From positions 1 through 33,338 of the IMG/VR virus record IMGVR_UViG_3300014501_000050: a DNA stretch of 33,338 nucleotides; one strand, written 5' to 3'. The DNA comes from a virus (lineage: Duplodnaviria > Caudoviricetes). Made by a program: the position numbers and the translations under genes. The first letter of the stretch is position 1, and the number at the start of each line of letters is the position of its first letter. The notes beneath the pieces were generated by a model. That model saw only the letters and a list, made by a program, of their open reading frames with translations. It was not told where the DNA came from and searched no databases. Of the stretch, positions 1 to 8,909 are shown piece by piece.

Positions 1-2498
1 GGCGCCGCGGCCGCCGGCGCGTCGAGCTTCTCCTTCGCGACCGCGATCTCGGCCAGCTTGGTCGTGATGTCGTCCATGCTCTTGACGGCGTTGTTGGCGA
101 TCTTCTCGCCCATCGTCACAGCGGCGTCCCCGACACCGTCAAGCTCCTGGTCGAGCGCCGCCGCGGCGGCGCTGAAAAGGGCGAGCCCTTTCAGCCCCTT
201 GTCGATGAGGACAAGCATCTCGCCGAGTACGGCGATCGTCTCGCCGATCACCTCAATCGCGCTGTTGAAGGCGATGTTGATCGCCTCACCGAGGATCAGG
301 AACATCGGCTTGAGCGGACCGAGCACCGCCTCGACCATGCGGATCGTGCCAATGAGGATCTCCCACGCGGGCTCGACCACTGACATGATCACATCGCCCA
401 GGAGAGCGAACGCGGCGTGGTTGGCGCCGATCCACTTGGCGGCGTCCGCCAACGCGTCCGAGATGCCCTTCACGATCGACTTGAACCCGTCGCCCTGCGC
501 GAGCGCATCACCAAAGGCGGTCATCATCACGGTGAGGTTCTTCCACACCATGTCGAGCTGGCCGCCCAAGTGCTGGAGTTCGTCGGCCGCGTAGCCCTCG
601 GTCTCGGTGCGCAGCGCGCCGAGCATGTCGGCGTTCCCCTTCATCGCCGGGAACATCCGCTGCAGGAGCATCGTGTTCCCCTCGAGCGCCGCACCGAGCG
701 CTCGAGTCGTGGTGTCGAGATCCTTGCCCGACGCCTTCGAGAGATCCACCGCGAACGCGAGGTTCTCCTGCGCCGCGGTGGCGTTGCCGGTGAACAGCAC
801 GAGCCGCTGGAGCGCGTCGGTGGCGTCGGTGACGCCGACGGTGGTGGTATCGACCACGTGCTGAATCGATGCGGACATCTGCGCGCCAGCCGCGTCCCAG
901 CTCGTCCCGGTGTCCTGCACCGCGAGCTTGAGTCGGGCCTGCGACTGCTCGAGTTCCGCGGAGTCAGAGATCGAGTGCTTGAGGCCCTCGAACGCGGCCA
1001 GCGCCCCGAGTAATGGCGCCCACGCTGCGATGAGCGGGGCGAAGTACGCTTCCGTGGCAGCGAGCGCCGCGTCCAGCGCTTCCATCGCGGCGGCGGCGAT
1101 ATTGGCACCCGTCGCCACCGATCCGAAGCCGGCCGCAGCCACCGCGGCGGCTTGTCCCGCGGCGCTCATCCCGATCGCCACCGCGTCTAAAGGCGCTGCG
1201 CTCGCGGCGATCCCAGCCGCCATCGCCTCGGCGCCTGCTGCAGCGGTGGCGGCGTCGGCCGTGAATGAGGCGATGAACGTGTCGAGCGAAGCGATTGCCG
1301 CGTCCACAGTCCCCGCAGCGCCCGCCAGCTCCATGAGCCCCGCGGCGGCCACGTCGGCCATCGGTGCCGTACTGGCCAGGGCGGCGTCCAGCGTCTTGGC
1401 CGCGACTGCGAGCGTCGCCACCGGTGGCACGGCTTCGGCCGCAGCAGCGCCGGCCGCGTGTACCCCAGCACTGGCGGCGGCGGTGGATTCCCCGATCCCC
1501 GCAATGGCCGCGCGCGCTTCACCCACCGCGACCGCGAGCGGCCCGAGCGTCGTGGAGAGGCTGGTCGCCGCGATGTCAAAGGCGCCGACCCCTACCGCCG
1601 CGCCAGCCAGCCCGTCAGCCGTGGCTGCTGCACTCGCCGCGCTCGCGTCCGCCGCGGCCATGAGTGCGGCCAGCGCGGCCTCCGTGGGTGCGATAGCCGA
1701 CGTTAGGACCGCGAGCGCGCCGTCCAGCCGGGCCACGGCGCCACTGGCGGCTGTGATCCCCGTGGCACCCTCCAGCGCCAGGCCGCCGGCCTCCGCGAGC
1801 GCGGCACCGGCTTCCGCCGCGGCCGGTGCGGTGACACCGAGCGCGACTTGTGTGGCACCGATCGCCGCGCGGAGCGCCCCGAGTTCCGGGGTGAGTGCGG
1901 CGGCCACCGGGGCGAGTGTCGCGATCCCCGCCGCGGTGCGTGCGGCCCCAGCGCCCGCGGCGTCCAGGCCGACGGCCGACTCCGCGGCTTCGGTGCCAAC
2001 CGTGGCGAGCGCGGCTTCCGCGGCGGTGATCGTGCCGGCGGTGCCCGCCAGCGCGGCGTCCAATCGTGCGAGCGCCGCGTCGAGCGCATTGACACCAAAC
2101 GCGGCGCCCTCAGCCGTGGGGACGAGCGCGGTGAGTCCGACACCGGCCGCCCCGCCAGACGCGGCGATCTCCGCGAGCGAGACGCGGGTGGCCGCCACGG
2201 CCCCCTCGAGCGCGCCCAACGCGCCCTGCGTCCCCGCCACCGCGGCGTCGAGCGCTTTCAGTCCCTCGCCCGAGACGGTGGCCACCGCGCCGGTACCGGC
2301 TAGCTCCGCCTCGGTGCGCGCCACCTGCGCGGAGAGCGCGGCGAGCACCGCGTCCAGGCCCACGGTGGCGGCGTCGAGCCCCGTGATGCTGGCCGCTGCC
2401 GCGTCGCCCGGCCCGGTGAGTGACGCGATCGCCGCGGCCGCCGTGGCTTCGCCGGCCGCAATGATCTCGACCGCGAGTTCGCCGAGGGTGATCGCCAT
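1..2498 (-). CDS. Tail tape measure protein (3' end outside window, >830 aa)
   Basis: ATG at 2498 (MAITLGELAVEIIAAGE...), frame open to the edge; Ala-rich helical; TMP-like core AELEQSQARLKLAV...DALQRLVLFTGNATAAQENLAFAVDLSKASGKDL; directly after the chaperone genes; absent from ORF track because there is no stop in the window. Confidence 0.9.
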   Translation of the reverse strand, partial: MAITLGELAVEIIAAGEATAAAAIASLTGPGDAAAASITGLDAATVGLDAVLAALSAQVARTEAELAGTGAVATVSGEGLKALDAAVAGTQGALGALEGAVAATRVSLAEIAASGGAAGVGLTALVPTAEGAAFGVNALDAALARLDAALAGTAGTITAAEAALATVGTEAAESAVGLDAAGAGAARTAAGIATLAPVAAALTPELGALRAAIGATQVALGVTAPAAAEAGAALAEAGGLALEGATGITAASGAVARLDGALAVLTSAIAPTEAALAALMAAADASAASAAATADGLAGAAVGVGAFDIAATSLSTTLGPLAVAVGEARAAIAGIGESTAAASAGVHAAGAAAAEAVPPVATLAVAAKTLDAALASTAPMADVAAAGLMELAGAAGTVDAAIASLDTFIASFTADAATAAAGAEAMAAGIAASAAPLDAVAIGMSAAGQAAAVAAAGFGSVATGANIAAAAMEALDAALAATEAYFAPLIAAWAPLLGALAAFEGLKHSISDSAELEQSQARLKLAVQDTGTSWDAAGAQMSASIQHVVDTTTVGVTDATDALQRLVLFTGNATAAQENLAFAVDLSKASGKDLDTTTRALGAALEGNTMLLQRMFPAMKGNADMLGALRTETEGYAADELQHLGGQLDMVWKNLTVMMTAFGDALAQGDGFKSIVKGISDALADAAKWIGANHAAFALLGDVIMSVVEPAWEILIGTIRMVEAVLGPLKPMFLILGEAINIAFNSAIEVIGETIAVLGEMLVLIDKGLKGLALFSAAAAALDQELDGVGDAAVTMGEKIANNAVKSMDDITTKLAEIAVAKEKLDAPAAAA

Positions 2499-2499
2499 C

Positions 2500-2934
2500 T
2501 CAGTTCTGGTTCGGTGATGGGACCCACGCCGGGCGGCCCTGCGCGGCGAGCGCCTCTTCGATGGCGGTCATCTCGGCCGCCATCTGGGCGCCGAGTTGCA
2601 TCCGCCGCGTGTCGTCCAGTCCCAGCGGGCGAGCCGCGGCCGAGGCTTGCACGCGGTCGCGCACGTCTTTGAGCGCGGAGGGGGCGTGGTGCGCGAGCGT
2701 CGCCAAGTCGGCGGCGTCCAAGCGATCGTACATGCGCTTCCACTCCTCGATCGCGGCCGACTGGCGGAGCTGGAGGTACGCGTACCGGGTGAGCGCGTAC
2801 GGCTCGCGCCACACCGTGGGCAGCGGCCGGCCATGCGCGCGCGCCACCTCCGCGATCACGAAGCCGATCGGGTCTACGGGGTCAAGGCCGGACGTATCGA
2901 GGCGGTCGCCTGCGGCACGTCCAGCCCTAACGCG
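2500..2934 (-). CDS. Tail assembly chaperone, -1 frameshift extension (lambda gpT-like); fusion about 274 aa
   Basis: The -1 frame after the slippery site reads RVRAGRAAGDRLDTSGLDPVDPIGFVIAEVAR...PNQN* and stops 1 nt before the TMP ATG. Confidence 0.8.
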   Translation of the reverse strand, partial: RVRAGRAAGDRLDTSGLDPVDPIGFVIAEVARAHGRPLPTVWREPYALTRYAYLQLRQSAAIEEWKRMYDRLDAADLATLAHHAPSALKDVRDRVQASAAARPLGLDDTRRMQLGAQMAAEMTAIEEALAAQGRPAWVPSPNQN

Positions 2935-3323
2935 TTTTTTTCGGCGATCTCCGTCGCCAGCGCTTCCACGGCACGGATGCCTTGCGCAGCGATGCGGAGG
3001 ACGGCGCCCACTTGCGGCGCGGTGAGTGCCGCCTTCTCCGCGACCGTCGCGCCGTCGAGCAGCTCCTCGGCGACATGGAACATCTCTGAGGAGGATTCCG
3101 TCTTCCCGGCGGTTCGGAGCGCGAGGAACCATCGGTACGCGGCCCCGTTGAGCGGCCGGACGCCGACCTTGTGCGTCCCGATGCGGATGTAGACCACATC
3201 GATCAGCGAATTGAGATCGAACAGCGACGCGTCGTCGTCGCCAGCGTCGGGACGATATGCGGGCCCAGAGGCACCCGCCGCTTTCGCGGCGGATGTCTTG
3301 GGCGATGATCGTTTGGCTGCCAT
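2874..3323 (-). CDS. Tail assembly chaperone (lambda gpG-like), 149 aa
   Basis: Between tail tube and TMP; GGAG RBS; has ...AEKN at the slippery site. Confidence 0.8.
   Translation of the reverse strand: MAAKRSSPKTSAAKAAGASGPAYRPDAGDDDASLFDLNSLIDVVYIRIGTHKVGVRPLNGAAYRWFLALRTAGKTESSSEMFHVAEELLDGATVAEKAALTAPQVGAVLRIAAQGIRAVEALATEIAEKNALGLDVPQATASIRPALTP
2934..2940 (-). other. -1 programmed ribosomal frameshift heptamer A AAA AAC
   Basis: Minus strand GCC GAA AAA AAC GCG is an in-frame X XXY YYZ; a 7-A run is rare in this GC-rich DNA; the -1 frame is open to 2500. Confidence 0.85.
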
Positions 3324-3347
3324 GATGTCTCCGGCTTACGGGAGTTC

Positions 3348-3935
3348 TTACGGGAACGAGGAGAGGTCTTCGATGAGGTACGGCGCGCTGTCCGTGGTGA
3401 GGCCCGCGACCGTGAGGTCCAGGCGTGCCGCGAACGTCGCGTCGATCTCCATCGAGCCGTTGTCCTTCCACGCGGCCGTGTACTTGGTGACCAGGGCGCG
3501 GTAGAACCGGACCTGCTTGTACACGAAGCCCGAACCGCTCGTGTTGCCGAGCTTCCAGGCGCACCGCAGGTTCGCGAGGAGCGAGCCCACCGGGATGAGC
3601 TGCGACGCCGACTGCATGGTCTGGATCATGATCACGTTGCCGGAGGACCCAGAGGACGACACCGAGCCCGCCTCGTACTGCAGGAAGGCGGAGATGTCGC
3701 ACTGCAGGAACTTGGCGGTGATCTCCGACTCGAATTTGGTGACGCGATCGAGGCCGGCGATCGGGGCGCGTTTGCCGTCAAACGCGATGTTGAGGAACGT
3801 CTTCTTCGGGTCGAACTTCTGGCCCCCATCGGTGACGCCGAGCGGCGTCGCCCCGATGTAGAACACGGCAGTATCCAGCCCGATCGTATTGGGCATGTTC
3901 GCCGTGTAGGCATTGAACGGAGGCTGGGTAGCCAT
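3348..3935 (-). CDS. Major tail (tube) protein, 195 aa
   Basis: LGVTDGGQKF...IAFDG motif typical of siphovirus tube proteins; position upstream of the chaperones. Confidence 0.8.
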   Translation of the reverse strand: MATQPPFNAYTANMPNTIGLDTAVFYIGATPLGVTDGGQKFDPKKTFLNIAFDGKRAPIAGLDRVTKFESEITAKFLQCDISAFLQYEAGSVSSSGSSGNVIMIQTMQSASQLIPVGSLLANLRCAWKLGNTSGSGFVYKQVRFYRALVTKYTAAWKDNGSMEIDATFAARLDLTVAGLTTDSAPYLIEDLSSFP

Positions 3936-3960
3936 GTCCTATTCTCTGCGTCAAGCGGTG

Positions 3961-4040
3961 GTGGTCAGCAGTAGTGCGCGAGTGAGGGTGGTCGGTGGTC
4001 GGTGGTCGCCGTGCAGAGTCCGGGTGGTCACCGTGCGAGG
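3961..4040 (-). repeat. Intergenic cluster of five GACCAC motifs (three tandem GACCACC) plus CCTCGCACGG
   Basis: Plus strand GTGGTC at 3961, 3988, 3995, 4002, 4024; CCGTGCGAGG at 4031-4040. Confidence 0.8.
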
Positions 4041-4056
4041 AGCGAAGGCACTCACG

Positions 4057-4530
4057 TCATGGCGTGGGGTGCGTGGCCAGGAACGCGAAGTAGATCGAGA
4101 GCGTGAAGACGAGCCGCACCGCGCACATCTCGCGGTCGGCCGGGTTGCCGTAGGTCGGCACCGAGGTACGCCGGTGCTTGCTGCAGTGGATCACGCCGCC
4201 GGCCGTCCGATCCGAGTAGCCGGTCATAGCACCCGCGGCCAAATCCGCCGCCGCGTTCAGTGCGGCCAGCCCAGCGATCGGCCGCGTGTACATCATGAGT
4301 TCCATCTCGCCGTCGGCACGGAAGCTCGACTGCCGCGGATCGGTGACGAGCTGCAGCGACAGCACGCCGTACGGGAACACCGCCGCCGTCGGCACCTTCT
4401 CGATATAGAGATCCGAGGCCGGGAAGCCGGCGAACGTGGTCGCCAGCGTATTGCCGCCCGCATCCGCGCACGTGAGCATCCGCGTCCGCACGGTGGTGTA
4501 GACGTCGATCGTCGAGACGCCGCCGCTCAT
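4057..4530 (-). CDS. Tail terminator protein (DUF3168-like), 157 aa
   Basis: LYIEKVPTAAVFPYGVL motif; size and position just before the tail tube. Confidence 0.7.
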   Translation of the reverse strand: MSGGVSTIDVYTTVRTRMLTCADAGGNTLATTFAGFPASDLYIEKVPTAAVFPYGVLSLQLVTDPRQSSFRADGEMELMMYTRPIAGLAALNAAADLAAGAMTGYSDRTAGGVIHCSKHRRTSVPTYGNPADREMCAVRLVFTLSIYFAFLATHPTP

Positions 4531-4931
4531 TGGCCGCTCGCATCGAACGCCTCGCGCGCGGCCTTGGCGCCCCGGGTGAATTGATCGTCGGCCGAGTCGA
4601 GCATCGCGGGCGACCAGTGATCGACGCGGTGGTACTGGCCGTTCGCGCCCGCGTGCTGGAAGCCGAGCGTCCAGTAGACCGCGACCACGTCGTCCGTGAA
4701 CACCGCGATCGCACGGCCACCGGAATCCGCGGCGTACGGCTCGCTCGCCTGAATCGACTGCACCGTGGCGCCCGTGGCGTACTCGCCCGAGGTGTAGCCG
4801 CCCCGGTGCTCGCCGTACTTCGTGAGCAGCGCCGAGCGGTACGCGTCGGCCGCAGCGCGGAGGAACGCGTCCACACCCGCGCGAATCGCGGTCCGCGCCC
4901 GAGGCAGGTGCATCGTGAAGCGGACAGGCAT
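4527..4931 (-). CDS. Tail completion/neck protein (HK97 gp10-like), 134 aa
   Basis: TGATG-coupled start MPVRFTMH; TGATVQSI, AVYWTLG and HWSPAM resemble gp10 motifs TG.L..SI / YA...E.G / F..PA; synteny. Confidence 0.6.
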   Translation of the reverse strand: MPVRFTMHLPRARTAIRAGVDAFLRAAADAYRSALLTKYGEHRGGYTSGEYATGATVQSIQASEPYAADSGGRAIAVFTDDVVAVYWTLGFQHAGANGQYHRVDHWSPAMLDSADDQFTRGAKAAREAFDASGQ

Positions 4932-5854
4932 CAGGACCAGAGCCCCCCGCTCAGATACGTCACCGAGCCCGGACCGCCGCCCGCGACGGCCGACAGCGCA
5001 GCGCCGACGACTGTAGGCGTCAGCACGCCGGCGAAGCCCCACTGGCCGATGTCGCCGGGATCGCTCCCATTGATGGCGGGCGGGGTCTGCGGCGCGCCCA
5101 TAGCGGCCGTCAGGATTTCCGCGCCGTCGATCGTCATGCCGCCGGTGGGACCGGTATGCGAGCCACCGATCAGCAGCGTCGTGTTGCCGGTTGGGGTGTT
5201 GCCCGCACCGACCGGACCCGCACTGACGCCGTAGGAGAAGAGCACACCGCCCGCGTCCGTGAGCAGCGCGAGGCCGAACAACTGGCCGCTCGCTTCATAG
5301 ACGGAATACAGCACGACGCCGGTTCCGGCCGCGGGCAGTGCGGATTGCGCGACGGTGCCGGCGATCGCGTTCGCTTCCCCATCGGTGGCCGTGAAGTTGA
5401 ATTGGATCGTGCTACCGACCAGGATGCAGGTCACTTCGAGACTTAGATTGGTGCCTGAGTCGTAGATCGAGAAGAGGCCGCCCGCGGTCGGCGTGCCGAG
5501 CAAGCAATCGACGAGAAACCGCATACGGAACCCCAGGACCGGGAGTCCGCTCCCACCCCCGGCGAGCGCGGGAATCGTCCCCGTGAGTCCGACGCCGGCC
5601 GGCAAGACGACGTAGCCGAGACTCGTGCTGACGTTCACCACGAAACCACCGACCACCGCCGTGGTCGGATCGGTCGCGGTCCCGGTGGAACTCCCCACGC
5701 CGGTCGCGGTGACCACGGCCGTCTGGCCGCCCGAGCCGCCCGATGGCACCGTGAACACGCCGGCGTTCGCCGATGCCCACGCGAGCGTGGGCGCCGGAAT
5801 GACGGCGCCAGCTCCGTTGAATTCGGTCGCGGTGAGGGTTGCGGTCGAGGGCAT
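4931..5854 (-). CDS. Virion accessory protein with N-terminal Ig-like (Big_2-type) domain and a C-terminal beta-sandwich (possibly lectin/LamG-like), 307 aa
   Basis: MPSTATLTATEFNGAGAVIPAPTLAWASANAGVFTV...AVVTATGVGSSTGTAT matches the Big_2 pattern; start moved to ATG 5854. Confidence 0.6.
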   Translation of the reverse strand: MPSTATLTATEFNGAGAVIPAPTLAWASANAGVFTVPSGGSGGQTAVVTATGVGSSTGTATDPTTAVVGGFVVNVSTSLGYVVLPAGVGLTGTIPALAGGGSGLPVLGFRMRFLVDCLLGTPTAGGLFSIYDSGTNLSLEVTCILVGSTIQFNFTATDGEANAIAGTVAQSALPAAGTGVVLYSVYEASGQLFGLALLTDAGGVLFSYGVSAGPVGAGNTPTGNTTLLIGGSHTGPTGGMTIDGAEILTAAMGAPQTPPAINGSDPGDIGQWGFAGVLTPTVVGAALSAVAGGGPGSVTYLSGGLWS

Positions 5855-5858
5855 CGGC

Positions 5859-6221
5859 TCAGTCGCTCGGCGGGTCGCCGGTGATGGCGTACGCCGGCTG
5901 CGCGTCCGTGGTCGCACTCCCGTGCACCTGCTGTTCGCGCGTCTGCCGGCGCGGCAACACCGCTTCGATCTTGTAGAGCGTGCCGGTCCGACAGTCGCGG
6001 ATGAGCCCCTGCGGCGGGATCGTGAGATCGCCGTCGAGCAACACCGACGCGTCGATCTGGTAGTTCGCTTGCTCGGCGACGTTGAGTTCCGCGCCGGTGG
6101 GCGGCTCCAGTCGGCCCCAATACTCGCCAAGGAACGCGTACGTATTGCTCACCAGCCCGTTGGCGGTGGCATCGGTATACGCGTAGACCCGGATGCGCAT
6201 GTTGCGGAGCGAGTAGCTCAT
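5859..6221 (-). CDS. Head closure/head-tail adaptor (SPP1 gp16-like), 120 aa
   Basis: ATGA-coupled start MSYSLRNMRIRV; YWGRLEPPTGAEL...GTLYKIEAVLP pattern. Confidence 0.7.
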   Translation of the reverse strand: MSYSLRNMRIRVYAYTDATANGLVSNTYAFLGEYWGRLEPPTGAELNVAEQANYQIDASVLLDGDLTIPPQGLIRDCRTGTLYKIEAVLPRRQTREQQVHGSATTDAQPAYAITGDPPSD

Positions 6222-6361
6222 GGCTCCGCCTTCGGTGATCCGCGGCGGACGAAGTGCGCGATGCAATTCGCGATATAAGCGGCCAGGTACAGCGCGGCAA
6301 ACACACCCGTCGCGATGTGCTCCGCGAGCGTCAGATGCGGCGCGGCGTTGGAGACGCTCAT
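6218..6361 (-). CDS. Small single-TM protein, 47 aa
   Basis: ATGA overlaps on both sides; hydrophobic IATGVFAALYLAAYIANCIAHFV. Confidence 0.55.
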   Translation of the reverse strand: MSVSNAAPHLTLAEHIATGVFAALYLAAYIANCIAHFVRRGSPKAEP

Positions 6362-7668
6362 CGGGCGTCGCCCCACGCGTCGTCCGCTGGCGGCTTGGGC
6401 TTCGGCTTGTCCTTGTCGAACACCGGCACGGTCATGCTCGGCGGCCACGCACTTTTCGGCGGATCCGCCGCCGGCTTAGGAGCACGGTCCACGCCGGGCC
6501 ACTCGCGGGGCCGCTCGTTGATCCCCTCATCGAAGTGCGCCGGGTCGGCCGTGGTCTCGCCCGCAAGCGCGATCCGGCGCGCCAATGCGGGCGCCGCACC
6601 GGCCAGGATCGTCAGGTACTTCCGCGCCACGGCCTCGTAGCTGTGATGGCGCCAGACGAAGCGACGGATCCGCGCCGCGGCCAACGCATACGCCTCGGCG
6701 TCCATGAGCCCCACCAGCGCGTTCTCGAGCTCCTCGGCGTCGTCCGCGAACACGTAGGGGCACTCGCCGAATCGCTCCACGTGCAACCGCGCGACCCGTG
6801 TATCCCCCGCAATCACCGGGATCCCCATCGCGCCCGCTTCCAACCCCGAGCCCTGGAGCCCGAGGAAGAAGGAATCGAACACGACGTCGCACGTCGCTTT
6901 CACCGCCAGCGCCTCGCCGTGCGGCAGTTTCTCGATGCGCACGAACTCAATCGGCACGCCGGCCGCGCGGAGCTCGCCGATCACATGCTCCAGTACCGCG
7001 CTGCCTTTGAGCTTGGGCTCGGTCGGCGAGTGCCCGACGCGCATCGGCCGGCGCGTGCCGAAGGGATGCCGCGGGCCATGCTGCGCGCGGAGCGCCGCGT
7101 AGCGATGCACGGGCTGTGTCATCGGGAGCCAGTGCACGTCCGGGGCGAGCAGGAGGTGGTCGAGCCGCGCGCCGCAGATGACGGCGCCGAGCGCGCGGTC
7201 CTGCTCGAGTTGCATGAGCCGGGCGAGCGCGTCGGGCGCGTTCACGGTGATCGACCCGTCCGGTGCCACCGTGGCCGCTGAGCCGTGGTAATGGCGGACC
7301 AGCACGACGTCATCGCGCGTCGGCCCCCACAGAAGATCGCGGGCCAGGTAGTCCATGTGGCAGTGGATGACATCGGCTTCGGCACCTGCGGCTTCGTACT
7401 CGGGCGACCCGCAATCCATCTGGCGGAAGTGCGTGTAGGGGTTCGTATCGCCCAGCCGCGCGAAGATCGACGCGTGCGGTGTGGTCTCGTTGATCGCCGA
7501 GTGGAATCGGTACGCCGCGGAGCCCGGGTCGTAGGACGTGCCCTGGAGGATCCGGAGCGCGCCCGGCGTCTCATGGCCGATGAAGGGCTGCGGCGAGTCA
7601 GGATCCCGCGCGAGCAACTCGGCGCGGAAGATCCGACCCGGTCGGCCCCACCAATTGATGTCGCTCAT
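6358..7668 (-). CDS. Glycosyltransferase, GT-B fold (family 4-like), 436 aa
   Basis: ADVIHCH, VGHSPTEPKLKGS, CDVVFDSF and GLEAGAMGIPVIAG (E-A-x-A-x-G-x-P-V); C-terminal HHSYEAVARKYL. Confidence 0.85.
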   Translation of the reverse strand: MSDINWWGRPGRIFRAELLARDPDSPQPFIGHETPGALRILQGTSYDPGSAAYRFHSAINETTPHASIFARLGDTNPYTHFRQMDCGSPEYEAAGAEADVIHCHMDYLARDLLWGPTRDDVVLVRHYHGSAATVAPDGSITVNAPDALARLMQLEQDRALGAVICGARLDHLLLAPDVHWLPMTQPVHRYAALRAQHGPRHPFGTRRPMRVGHSPTEPKLKGSAVLEHVIGELRAAGVPIEFVRIEKLPHGEALAVKATCDVVFDSFFLGLQGSGLEAGAMGIPVIAGDTRVARLHVERFGECPYVFADDAEELENALVGLMDAEAYALAAARIRRFVWRHHSYEAVARKYLTILAGAAPALARRIALAGETTADPAHFDEGINERPREWPGVDRAPKPAADPPKSAWPPSMTVPVFDKDKPKPKPPADDAWGDAR

Positions 7669-8189
7669 GGATGGATCGACGACAACGCCATCACGGGCTT
7701 GAGCATCGCCCGCACGCGGGGCGGGAGCCCGTGCACCAAGCGGCCGCGTGTGACGGACACGCCGCCGCCTGCGGACTCGTTGGTGACCATCGGGTCGCGG
7801 TGCGAGTGGAGTTCCGCCACCATATCGAGGATCGCCCGCGACAGGAGCGGCTCCCAGCGCGTGGCGTAATCGGGCAGTGTGCTCAGTGCGAGCGGCCCCG
7901 TGATCGCGGTCGCGGGCGGCACATTGGTCTCGCGACCTAACTCATCCAGGCCCTCGGCGTACACGTTCTGGTTGGGCGCGGTATCGCCGACACGGAAACT
8001 CCCCACCGTCGGGTACGCGGTGCGCACGGGACCGAACACCCGGGTGCTATTCGGATCCAAGATCGCGCGGCCGATATAGGTCTCGATGAACGCAATCGCC
8101 TCGCGGATCTCCTCACCGATCAGGAGATCATCGACGTCGGTCTCGACCCGGAGGTACGATTTGCAGAGATCGATGTCCGGCAGCGGCAT
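7665..8189 (-). CDS. Head-tail connector (HK97 gp6/SPP1 gp15-like), 174 aa
   Basis: DLCKSYLRVETDVDDLLI...AIAFIETYIGR, AILDMVAELHSHRD and LPPRVRAMLKP. Confidence 0.85.
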   Translation of the reverse strand: MPLPDIDLCKSYLRVETDVDDLLIGEEIREAIAFIETYIGRAILDPNSTRVFGPVRTAYPTVGSFRVGDTAPNQNVYAEGLDELGRETNVPPATAITGPLALSTLPDYATRWEPLLSRAILDMVAELHSHRDPMVTNESAGGGVSVTRGRLVHGLPPRVRAMLKPVMALSSIHP

Positions 8190-8333
8190 CAGCGCGAGTG
8201 GGTATGAGGGTCAGCGTGCGCCGTGCGGGTCATCGTCTTCGGTCGTGTCGTACGAACCCCGCCAGGAACGAGACGGCAGCCAGACCCCGCCCCCGACGGT
8301 TGGCGCCCGTGCCGGCGCGCCCATGCGGTCGCG

Positions 8334-8840
8334 CTATCTCTTCGCCTTGGTCCTCTCGAAGCGCGCGCGATCGGCCGCGTCGCCCTCGAGCTCTGGCGCA
8401 TCATCGACGGACACGCTGACGCCAGCCTTCCGATTCTTTGCGGACTCTTTCGCGATCAGCCGCTGGGCGAGCGGGTTGTCCGACCCGATCTCGGCGACGA
8501 TGGTCTTGAGCGTGATCGGCTCATCCTGCGAGCCGTCGTCCTCGAGGGAGATCCCGTTCGCGTTGACGAGCTGGCCCGCGGCGTTCCGGTACAAGCCACC
8601 GAAGTGCGTCTCTGGTACGGGCGCGTCTTCCTGAAACCGATTGCCCTTGCCGTCGGACATTGTCCTCGAGACCAGTGCGTTGGTCGAATCGGCGTCGGGC
8701 TTCGGGGACTTAGCGTGCTCGAATTGCCGCCCGCTGACGGGCCGTCTCCGAACCGCAACGGGCGGCGCCGTCGTGATCACGGTGTTCGACGCGGTCGGCG
8801 CGATCGCAGCGGTCGATCCGGGGGTGGGCTGGGTTGCCAT
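8334..8840 (-). CDS. Hypothetical head-module protein, 168 aa
   Basis: ATG with upstream GAGG; directly after the capsid gene. Confidence 0.6.
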   Translation of the reverse strand: MATQPTPGSTAAIAPTASNTVITTAPPVAVRRRPVSGRQFEHAKSPKPDADSTNALVSRTMSDGKGNRFQEDAPVPETHFGGLYRNAAGQLVNANGISLEDDGSQDEPITLKTIVAEIGSDNPLAQRLIAKESAKNRKAGVSVSVDDAPELEGDAADRARFERTKAKR

Positions 8841-8864
8841 ATCGCGGTGCCTCGGGAAGGGGAC

Positions 8865-8893
8865 GCGACGGCGCCGTACGAGCGCGCCGTCGC
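8865..8893 (-). terminator. GC-rich hairpin after the capsid gene (weak terminator or stability element)
   Basis: 10-bp stem GCGACGGCGC/GCGCCGTCGC with 9-nt loop, followed by GTCCCCTTCCC rather than a U-tract. Confidence 0.45.
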
Positions 8894-8909
8894 AGAATGT
8901 GTGATTCGC

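Noticed and set aside
2935-3702. Upstream part of the 400-aa ORF 2500-3702, and upstream extensions of terL (22460), GT2 (28154) and others in the ORF track
   Set aside because: They overlap better-supported genes in other frames; coupled downstream starts or the frameshift explain them.
3961-4040. GGTGGTC repeats as a CRISPR or TIGR-like array
   Set aside because: Units are 6-7 bp with irregular spacing, no spacer architecture and no Cas or Nop-domain gene.
8211-8324. 37-aa minus-strand ORF between the post-capsid gene and the connector
   Set aside because: No RBS, no coupling and no motif; treated as intergenic.
3921-8840. Tail tube and the 168-aa gene both start MATQP
   Set aside because: Similarity ends after five codons; likely chance or initiation-context preference.
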